Positions 11,573 to 21,874 of a stretch of 64,000 nt of DNA are shown in pieces. The translations under genes and the position numbers were made by a program. The notes under the pieces are model-generated. The model worked only from the letters and a program-made list of their open reading frames with translations. It searched no databases and had not been told where the DNA came from. The DNA is taken from the NCBI GenBank assembly GCA_023213395.1, contig CM041465.1, positions 175,157,741 through 175,221,740 of the forward strand, written 5' to 3'. Within the stretch, counting starts at the first letter, position 1. The number at the start of each line of letters is the position of its first letter. The stretch is from Cycas panzhihuaensis (lineage: Eukaryota > Plantae > Cycadophyta).

Positions 11573-11722
11573 GGTAGGGTTGATCTGCATGGACGTCCCA
11601 TGCTTTCCTTGGGATTCACAGCCCCAATAACACCCTTTTCGAACATCCTTTCCCTCAAGCAACCTTAATTGTCGTGCACTAACAGTACGGTCGATTGGTC
11701 CCCTAGGGAATGCACCAAGCTT
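11573..11722 (-). promoter_or_regulatory. Conserved structured leader element upstream of copia gag (candidate packaging/dimerisation or translation signal)
   Basis: Homologous blocks at 27063-27213, 45111-45254 and 35304-35447, with conserved hairpins. Function is inferred. Confidence 0.5.
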
Positions 11723-13661
11723 AAAGTTATTTTAGAGGCAAGGTTTGAACCTTTTTCGAGCCTCTCCTACTTGATTTTAAAGTTCACTTTTAGAAGATTT
11801 AAGTGGGCTTTAGAATAAGTTTTACTTGGATGATGTAGATGCTTGATTTAATATTTTACAATGATAACAAACTTCAAGAAGAAGCAATCAAGTACATCAA
11901 AGTGATCACTTTGAATGATTTACAAGAGCACCTTAGTGTGAAAATAGTGCTATCAAATCCAAGTAAAAAAAAGTGCTCAAGTACAATGTGAAAATATAGG
12001 CACTTTGAAGAAGATATTAAGTGCTTCAATGAAGAAAGTGCAAAGTCTTTGTGTAAAAAATGCAAGTGGGTTCCTTTTAGTGCTTGAAGGAAAGAGAGAA
12101 GAATCACTTGTAAGCTGAAGACGCCAAGCACCAAGTGTTGAGACTTTGAAATAGTCCCAACGATCAACAAAATAAAGTGATTTTATTTAAGTGTTTTTGA
12201 GCCCCCTTTGTGACTAAGGCCAATAGGTCACCATGCAAGGTGCCTTAAAAAAAGTGTTAAGATAGTAATAAAAATCACTTTGACAAAATGTTAACACTTT
12301 AAAAATCACTTTACCAAGACTTTTAACACTTGTACAACATGAAATAAGTGTTAAATAAGGCAAAAAATGCCAAAAAACAAAGGCTGAAATTTCACCTTTT
12401 TTGCAACTTTGAGTAGCAAGAACACCACGTAGGGAGCCTTGAATGAGGACTTAGACCAATAAATTTAATCTCCAAAGATAAGTGACTAACTCAACTTTAG
12501 TGATTTGATGAAATCACTAGATAAAATAAAGCTTTTAAGCTTCAAAACACTAAAAAAAAGTTAATTTTTCCTTTAGAAAATATTAAGCCAAAAAGTCCAA
12601 ATGACTAAGAGAAGGCTTAAAAAAGGGAAAATATTACTTTTTAGAGTGTAGAACACTTTAGAAAGCTTGATTTTGTCTTTAATATCACAAAAGTAAGACT
12701 GATGGAGTCACTCGACTGAAAATTACTAAAAAAATATTGATTTTGACTTTAAAAAAGTGATTTTTAATGTTTAAAATTAAGTCTAAGTGTAAACCTTGGA
12801 GTAAAAAGGTTTATTAAGTTAGGAATATGCTATAGAATATTCCTAATAACATAAATCAAAGTTTAGAATGTTAAAATTTTTGAGAGACATTTTAAAAACG
12901 TCGTAGATGGAATTTTGAACGGCGGCGGCTCCATGGAGGCGCAGTCGAATAGATCTCGACGGAGGATCAACGGATCGGGCCAAAACTTTGCACGTAGAGT
13001 CGCCCACCTCAGAGGAAGATTTAGGTCTATTTTCAACTCATATGTAAATTTTTGGAAGGAGAATGAACCGTTTGTAGCCAGAACTGGGCACACGGTTGGA
13101 GGATTGTACTACATCAAGTACAACAGATTCCACTCTCTTTTCTTCTTTGTAAAACATTCGTGGGACCCACTAAGGGGATGTTCAGCCTTTTCCAGATGAG
13201 TAGGAGACCCCGGCTAGTATGTATGAGCAGATTGAACTCTCAATGTGGTGTTTGAGGGCTGAAAATGCCCAAAATTACTTCACAGCCTGCAGGGAGTCAG
13301 TGACTTGTGATAATCTGAGTCAGTGAGCTTCAAAATTCTTCATAATACTCCAACACCTTGATCTATAAGAAGAATCAACTGAAAAGTCCAATTTTTAGTG
13401 AAAAAACATAGAAAAATGTGAGTAAACTATCTCAAAACCTCTGAAGAAGGTTTGAAAAATATTTCAGATCAGAGTATAATAATCCCCAGCCTTCAGAATA
13501 CTCTAGAAAAGTTTTGATCTGCAGTGGTGAGTTTAAACAATCCTTGGATCGCCTTCGGAGAACGAAGGTCGTCACCAAGGGTTTGTGAAACCCACTTTAA
13601 GTCTCCCTTGAAGAAGAATTCAGAACAGAGGGAACTAGTCTTCTCTAGCTTTAATACCAAA

Positions 13662-14195
13662 TGTTGAAAAGGCCAAAGGATTAGAATGCCTAAGACCTAT
13701 AAAACCAAGATCATGAAGATAGTTCACTCTAGTTCTAGATAGCATAAGAGCAAAACTAAAAGATAAGCAAGATGATACCAAAGTGTGAGAAGAAGGAATT
13801 AGTCCTACTCCAAAGAATACCAATTGATTAGCAAACTGATAGCATAACATTACACTCCAACTCTACATGTGAGACATGAGGAGAGGTCTCAATATATAGA
13901 GTAACAAAGGTTACCTAACACCGTTGGATGTTTGACAAGTGGCAAACATCCAAGGTACATGCAATGCATGGTTTGTATGTCATGCATGAAGCACATGTGT
14001 CCGTTTAGGCTCTCAAGTGAGCAAAGATGCATGAGGGTCCATTTGACCCTTTAGTTACAATGTTATGTCACTAGGAGGAAAGTGGGTGTGCACTTTATCA
14101 CTTAAGTGATAAGTCACCCCATAAAGTACAAAATAATGAATGAAAGAATAAAGTGAATAAAGTACATACTTAACATGTAAACATAAGGTTTAACA
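13662..14195 (-). repeat. 5' LTR of copia 6796-14195
   Basis: TGTTG...TAACA; reverse PBS GCTTTAATACCA 2 nt away. Confidence 0.95.
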
Positions 14196-14912
14196 GTAAC
14201 TCCTCTTGAATGTATGGTACCAAGAGGAAGACTCCTTGAATAAATCCAACAGGCATTGGTATGATCAAATACATGAAGTATATAAATATGCCCACTAGAA
14301 TGGACTTTGTGTAATTGATGCATCCTTGAGGGAAAGTCCTCTAAATTTGATAACCGACTATCTACTCATATGAGTTACAAAGTACCATGAATATGGAAAG
14401 ATGTCCCCTCGCTGAGGGAGTGGTCTCCTATTAGAGAGAAGAATCGCCCCGTACATCTTAAGGGAGGATGTGACTGCTAAGTGTAGTTAGTTAAGTGCAA
14501 TAGCTATTAAGCTACACATCTTGTGTTTAAAAATGAGTCCATGACACCATTCCTATATTTGGTGTGTAGGAACACGACTATGAAGATGGGCATTACACAG
14601 GGAGGATGTGCTTGTCATATTTCTAGCCTGGGGCTAGGGGCAATTCATATAGGAATGCCCTGTGGTGGATTATAACACTAAATGACTTCTCATTCCAAAC
14701 CTAGATAACAAGTCAAACCTTCCCGTATTAAATCTAAATAATTACCATTTTCATTATTGTTATCCCTAGCATTGTTCTTTGGGAAGGGCAGTCTTGTTAC
14801 AATGGTATTAGATTCAGGTGGAATATTATAGTTGGAATTGAAAAAGTCATGTGTTGGGCACAATAACTACTATGATGCCTTTTTAAAGAAAAATATGCCT
14901 ATAATGCCTCAA

Positions 14913-17889
14913 TGTAGCGATCTGGTTCAATCTTTCCTGAAGAAGTGAGTTTCCCTCTTCGAGGCGAGGAACCCTCCAAACTGTAGCCCCCAAATGGGCG
15001 AGCTAATTATATCCCTAAAACCAAAAATACGCAACCAAAAGAACCTCTGAAGATGGTTTGGAATGTGTCCCAAACTTCCTATATATAGTGATCAAAATAC
15101 TTCAGTTAGAAGTCGGCCAGACTGGGTGATATTATCCTTAATACTTCCTAAATAGAAGTCGGCCAGAACTTCTCCAAAACTAGTAGGCTAACGTTAAATG
15201 GTCATAACTTTTGATAGAGATGTCGGAATTGACTTTTGTCTGAACCATTGGAATACTTGTTCAGAGGCCTTCGATTTGAATGTTACATAGCATGGTTTTG
15301 ACTAGATTTTTGAATGTTACAAGTCCCTCCCCTTCAAAACATGCTTTGCCCTCAAAGCATTGATAAAGGCCCATTTTTTTGCATCTATTCTTCAAACTCC
15401 TACATTGCATCTTCAAGCTCCAATGTCTTCCATTTGATGAGATATTCTTTTATTACCCTAGATCGCAAATTCTTGTCCCTAGTCTTCAGTATTCCCTCAG
15501 GTTCCACTATCATCATTCCTTCTTCATCCAGTGTTGGTAAATTCGTTTCTGGAGCCTCCTTTTCGGCCATCTTTTTCTTTAAACAAGACACGTGGAAGAT
15601 ATTGTGGATTTTGCTTTCAAGTGGCAATTTTAACTAATCTATTGTGTGTTTTAATTTCCTTTTCGGTGGTAGTCCTTAGGGTTCTTCAAAAACTCTTTAA
15701 TGTTCTTCTAGGATTGCCTGAATCTCTGGAGGAATGTTTTCTATTTCTACTTTGTAACATGACATTATGTACGTTTGCGGATTCTTCTTTAGAATCTGTT
15801 CCATTCTATGAGATGATATGAGTAGAACTGGAGGTGTCGTTGGGCTTGCAATCGATATTTACGTCCTTTTTGTCGAAAACACATAAATCTTGTCATATAA
15901 TTGGTAACAATGTTCCCCAGCATTTGTAGCCATTGAATTCCCAAAATTGTGTCTACTCTGCCTATGGGCATGGAAAACATACAATTTGTGACCTTGTAAT
16001 CATTGATCTGGAGAGTTGTGTCTTTGCAGTATCCTCCAAACAACGTTGTTCTCCCATTTGCTATTGACACCTGGAATGTGTTGAGGGGCTTCATTTGTAA
16101 TCCCAAATTTTCTGCCCATGCCTTGTTTATAAAATTGTGTGTACTCCCACTATCTACCAAGATTGATACTGGTGTCCCCTTGATTTTTCCTTAGAATCTT
16201 AGGGTTTGCAGGGATACTTGTTGCCCTGTAATGGCCTACAAGGATATTTCGACATTCCCTGTATCCACTTCCAAAAGTTCATCTTCCTCCCTTCCTACGC
16301 TTTGGTCTTGTTCTACTTCTTCCTATGCTGCTTCTGGTATTTCTGCATCATTGTTATTGATCATGAAAACCTTCTTTGCTAGCCATTGGTGTTCCTTATT
16401 CCATTTCCCTCCACACTTGAAGCACGTCCCTTTCCTTATGTGCTCCTCTTTTGTTGTTCCTGAGCTTTCTATTATATTTCTTATAGCTAATGGGGGGTTT
16501 GCTTTTGTTCCTGATTTGGCCCCCTTAGGATTCTAGGCCTGATATGCTGGTGGCCTATATTTCCTTGTATATGTCAGTCTGCTATCTCTGAGTTCTGCCT
16601 CCACATTCCTTGCTATTTGAATTGCTACTTGGAGTTGTGGTGGATCTGCTGCTTTAACTCTAAATTTGATTTGATTTTTCAATCCACTGATATAAATCTC
16701 TAGCAAACATTCCTGCAGTATTCTTTCTGAGACCATACATTGCAGCGTTTGGAATTGTTCTGTGTATTCTTGCACTGTTCCTTGTTGATGTAATCATGTT
16801 AATTGAGCAAAATAATCCATGTTCCAAGAGTCATCATATTGCTCTACTAATCCTACTCTTAAATTCTCCCAGGTTTGTTGTATTCGTAAGTTCATCTTTT
16901 GCCACCAATAGTACCACCTTAATGCCCTTCCATTTAAGTTTAAGGATGCTATTTCCATCTTTTCCTTAGCTGTTGAGTTATAAACCCTGAAATAGTTCTC
17001 CATTTGTAAGATCCAATTTGTGATATTCTTGAATACTTCTGGATCGAATTTTTCCAAAGATAATCTTGCTCCTTTCCATCCATTATCCATGTTGGGAGTT
17101 CTCTTTTCATAAACTCATCCATCGAAGCTCTTGGTCTCATTTCCTTGGTTTTCTTGATCCATTTGATCTATCCTCAATGCAGTGTTATTATCCATTTCTC
17201 TACTTGACACATTTTGTGTTGTTTAATCCACTTTTGCTAGTAACTCCTGGATTAGGATTGTTAGAGCCCTTATGCTCTGGTTTAATTCTGATGTGCCTTC
17301 AATTTTTTCCTCTGAGGTTCCAGATTGGGCTGCCATCTTCTTGTGAACGAGGTTTTTCCCTGACGTCAATTCCGTTTCTGCTTCCCGGGGGGGTGGGGCG
17401 AGGGGGGGGTTGGAAATTTTGACCTTTTTAAGCTTTTACCTCTGCCCTTTCCCTTTGAAACGAAGCTCTGATACCACTTGTAGCGATCTAGTTTAGTCTT
17501 TCCTGAAGAAGTGAGTTTCCCTCTTCGAGGCGAGGAATCCTCCAAACTGCAGCCCCTAAATGGGCGAGCTAATTATAGCCCTAGAACCAAAAATACACAT
17601 CCAAAAGAACCTTCGAAGATGGTTTGGGATGCGGCCCAAACTTTCTATATATAGTAATCAAAATACTTTAATTAGAAGTCGGCCAGACTAGGTGATATTA
17701 TCCTTAATACTGCTTAAATAGAAGTCGGCCAGAACTTCTCCAAAACTGGCAAGCTAAATTTAAATGGTTATAACTTTTGATAGAGATGTTGGAATGGACT
17801 TTTGTCTAAACCGTTGGAATCTTCGTTCAGAGGCCTTCAATTTGAATGGTTACATGGAATAGTTTTGACTAGATTTTTGGAATGTTACA
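14913..17889 (-). mobile_element. Ty3/gypsy chromovirus derivative (3.0 kb) retaining gag, protease and chromodomain only
   Basis: Perfect TSD CTCAA (14908-14912 / 17890-17894). LTRs 14913-15321 and 17479-17889. Perfect reverse PBS GCTCTGATACCA at 17465-17476; reverse PPT 15322-15335. Confidence 0.95.
15330..17336 (-). pseudogene. gag-pol: Gypsy gag-protease fused to integrase tail/chromodomain
   Basis: Gag WILQMENYF..ALRWYYW (16794-17090; in-frame ATG at 17336). Protease LVDSGSTHNF..ILGIQWL (15789-16160). IHNIFHVSCLKK..EYLIKWK (15400-15627). No RT, RNase H or integrase core in between. Confidence 0.9.
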
Positions 17890-17952
17890 CTCAATTTATT
17901 AAGAAAATCTCCACCCTAATACGAAATTGTAACCTCCATTTCCTTAATGTAA

Positions 17953-17980
<28 letters not shown>
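17953..17980. repeat. (AAT)n microsatellite, ~9 units
   Basis: aataataataataataataataataata read directly. Confidence 0.9.
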
Positions 17981-17983
<3 letters not shown>

Positions 17984-19212
17984 GTGTATAAAATGGGAAA
18001 TTATCAAGTTCTCAATTACATTGTTTCATGATGTAAGTAGCAAATGCATCCAAAAACAAAATTTAGTTAAATTCTTAAGGATGCCTATGCAAAGGGCAAT
18101 TTGTTTTTACTCCATTTTTGTAATGTGAGTAATTGTGCACCATTGTAAGTATGATCCCCATCAAGAAAATGAGATGCCTTAGTTCATGGCACAATACTAT
18201 CAAAAGGCATTAAAATCTAATGACTACAAGTGGTACAACTAGGTATCCACTCATCAAAATAACCCTTTGTCAAGATGCAAGTGGTAATGATATGCCAATT
18301 ATATACAAGAAAATAAGATTCGTTTACCCATGTTTCAAATAAAAAACAAGAAACTATAGGGTAAAACAAGAATATATCTATCTCTTATAGCATCAATTGG
18401 TGAAGTATAAATATACAAATACATTGACTCCTTTTTCAATATGAGAATATACACAAATGCATTTTGGTTACCAACCTATATGAGTATAGTATATCATGTG
18501 ATTAGTTGAATGTGGGTATAAGCAATTGATTGAAACTTAATTGCAAACCTCCCCTACATATAATTCCTCTCCAATAAAAACAAGAGAGAAAATATAAGGT
18601 CTCATGTTTCTAACAAGTTGGAGACGACATCATCAAAGCCAACATTATACTCTAGTCATTGTTGGTACTCCATATAGCTACAAAGTAGGTAGCTTAGGTA
18701 ACAATGATAAAGCGTTCCCCCTTTTCAAACTCAAAAATCTTATTCCATTATGCCATTAAACATGAGAAGGCTAGTAGTATTTCATGAGTTTCTAGCCATT
18801 TTTATCACAGTCTCTTTACTGAGCATAGAGCATTTTAGTGTTAAAAATGGGAACATATTCGAGAGTTCATGATTAAATTTGAAATTCTTAGCCTAATTTG
18901 AGTAGGGATGTTTCCTCCATATTTTTAAGACCTTGTATTAGGATCTCTTACCTAACCCCTTAAATGGGTTGTGTTTTTCGATATTGAACAAAGGAAAAAC
19001 AAAATAATTGATGTAGATTGGGGGTTATTATACTCACCAAGAATCCATATCTTGGATGAAGGAATTAAGTTATATACATTTGGGTACCTTTCAGTATCAT
19101 AAATATCTTCAAATGTACAAAGGTAAGCACCTATATTGATTAAATAAAGACAATGTAAAATTTGAGACGTTTTGATCATTGGGGACAATGATCTATCCAG
19201 AGCGTGGACAGA

Positions 19213-21874
19213 TGTTACAAGATGGAATTTACCCCGCTTAATGTCTAATGACCCTCAAGAATTAAAAGTAATTTTAAATTAAAAGTGGAAAAGTAAAGTG
19301 GTTAAGAGGCTAAAAGAGATATTGAATGACTTTTAAGGAAGTATCATACAAGAGATGGCCTCTTATTCGTTAATGATGAGGCGAACTTCTCCAACAAGCC
19401 TCCTCCTCTTCCAAATACTCTTCTATATAAATGAATGGAGAAGTTAAGCTAACATAGACAAAATTAGCAGGTGGAGATGCTATTGGAGCAGGGAATGAAG
19501 TAGGAACAAAAGCATGCCAATAGTATATCATGAATTCTCTCCATCAACTTAAACATTGTTCTCTAACAGTAAGTTCAAGGGAGGATTACATGAGAAGGTA
19601 CCATTGTTAATTCGTAATTCTACATAAGCAAGGTATGTCGTATTTATTATCAAATTAGTTTTATGGTTATGGACATAATTAGCTTCCAATAATATCTTGA
19701 ATTGATAAATGAAGATGAATATTAGTTGCAGACTATATTGGCATTTATTGTTCACAATAAATGCCTTATATTTCTTTAGAAACCCTTTTATATCAATGTC
19801 TTACTTGAAAAACATTTGAAAAATACTTATAATGTAAGTTTCCTACATTCTATCCAATTTTGGATAGATTTAGAACAAGCCATACAGAAATTTATACGCA
19901 TGGGTACAAGTGGTGCGCCACATCCATACAGATCCACCCTTGAAGTTTCAAGTCAAATGGATGAGTAAAGACAAAGTTATGTCAGTTTCAGTGAAAACAT
20001 TTTGAAAAAAATATTTGTGTTCAACTATGACGAGTACAGAACTAATTTAAATAGGAATTATACTCACCTGTTCATGTCAAAGCCATATAGATCTGACATG
20101 ACAAAATTGTACAATCCCCAATTAGCTTTCAATCTTAAGATTATACTTAGATTATGAAAAATAATACTCTCTTTTGAAGAACTAAAATATTTTCTAAGAG
20201 GGAAAAGGAAACTAATAATTAATGACATAAGTAGCAAAATTTATGATGTATTAGTGATAGAAAATAAGTTATTCCTAGATCTACATATTGCTAGAAAACG
20301 TATTAAATATTGTGGACAATCATTTTAAATGACTTCCTTTCATATAAAGAGCAATCTCAAATGTAGGAAGATAAAAGAAATGGTGTATGCATAATTCTGA
20401 GATAGCGTATTATTGTTGAATGCATAAAGTCTTTAAATGCATTATTGTTTTCTGCGGTTATGCTTACTGGAATTATAAATAAATAAAGGAACTACTCGAA
20501 AAGAAAATAACAAGTGTTATTATTGAATAGAACTTGCATTTAATGCATTGTTATAATGCAAATAGTTAAATGTTTATGTTGCTAGAAATTCCTTGTGATA
20601 TATTGGTTTCAATAGTTCCAAAAATTGTGTCGTTTTATTGCAATAAATGTTAGATGATTGCAATGATACATGTTTAGGTAAACACTTTACCTTAATATAA
20701 TGAAAGCACTTTCTTAGATGTTAAACATGGATGAAGACATAAATGAAATCCCAAGGACAAAATTTAAGACTTCAAGCTGAATTGAACCTTAAAATAGACT
20801 TGTAACACCCTAACTACTCAATGTAGTTATTTGGGAGGACACTTTTGGGTGTTGTGCCCCTTAGCATGTGTTGCTTTAGGAAGATCCATTAAGGGGTGTA
20901 CTCCTTAGCATGTGCTGCTTCAAGAGCACCCATTGGGTGATTAAGTGATCCTGAAAGAATATGGTGAACTTTCTCACATGTGTTGCTTGAAAGGTAATAA
21001 ATAAGTGGTTCATGAGCACAGGGTGCTCATGTTCTCTTTCCCATATAGGATGGAGAAATGGCATAACTTTAGACATGGCTATGTCTAAAAACATTATTAA
21101 ATTAAACAATGATAAAAGGAATTTATGAATATAGGGATGCTTCCAACTTCCCTCTCATACGGGATTGATGAGAAGTATAACTATAGTCATAATGAATTAA
21201 ACCCATGAACATGGAATGGAATGAGAATGTTCATTTATGTGGATTAACCAAGAGCAAGATGCGGTATCCCCTCTTGAATGTATGGTACCAAGAGGGAGAT
21301 TCCTTGAATAAATCGAACAAGTGTTGGTGTGATTAAATATACAAAGGATGTAAATATGTCCACTAGGATGGACTTTGTGTAACTGATGCATCCTTGAGGA
21401 AAGTCCTCTAAATTTGATAACTGGTTATCCACTTATATGAATTACAGAGTACCATGAATAAATGAATATGGAAAGATGTCCCCTCACCGAGGGAGTGGCC
21501 TCTTCTTAGAGAGAAGAATTGCCCCGTACATTTAAAGGGAGGATGTGATTGTTGAGTGTTGTTGGCTAAGTGCAGCAGCTATTAAGCTACACATCTCATG
21601 TCTAAAATGAGTCCATAACATCATTCTTATATTTGGTATGTGGGAACACCACCATGGAGATGGGAATTGCAGAGAGAGGATGTGTTTGTCATGTTTCTAG
21701 TTTAGAGCTAGGGGCAATGCATATAGAAATGCACCATGGTGGGTTATAACACTAAATGACTTCATTCCAAACCAAGATAGCAAGTCACACCTTCTTGCAT
21801 TAAATCAAAATAATTACCATTTTCACTATTTTTAACCTTAGTATTGTTCTTTAGGAAGAGGTGATCTTGTTATA
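19213..21874 (+). repeat. 3' LTR (~2.66 kb) of the large-LTR element
   Basis: TGTTACAAGA start, TCTTGTTATA end. Contains the empty site for the copia at 6796-14195 (GATGCGGTATCCCCTCTTGAATG at ~21258). Confidence 0.75.

Larger units (their letters stand above)
6796..14195 (-). mobile_element. Ty1/copia LTR retrotransposon, near full length (7.4 kb)
   Basis: Perfect TSD GTAAC (6791-6795 / 14196-14200). LTRs 6796-7347 and 13662-14195 (~96% identical plus two indels). Reverse PBS 13648-13659, reverse PPT 7348-7357. Domain order gag-PR-INT-RT-RH. Confidence 0.97.
5818..21874 (+). mobile_element. Old gypsy-type element with ~2.7-kb LTRs and a heavily decayed ~1.4-kb interior; hosts two nested elements
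   Basis: 5818-6795 plus 14196-14801 align with ~20238-21874 (~88% in one sampled block). PBS-like TGGTATTAGA follows 14801. A purine-rich tract precedes TGTTACAAGA at 19213, which is an inverted match to the TCTTGTTACA end. Confidence 0.75.

Noticed and set aside
17465-17476. tRNA gene fragment
   Set aside because: Only the 12-nt match to the tRNA-iMet 3' end, i.e. a primer-binding site; no cloverleaf.
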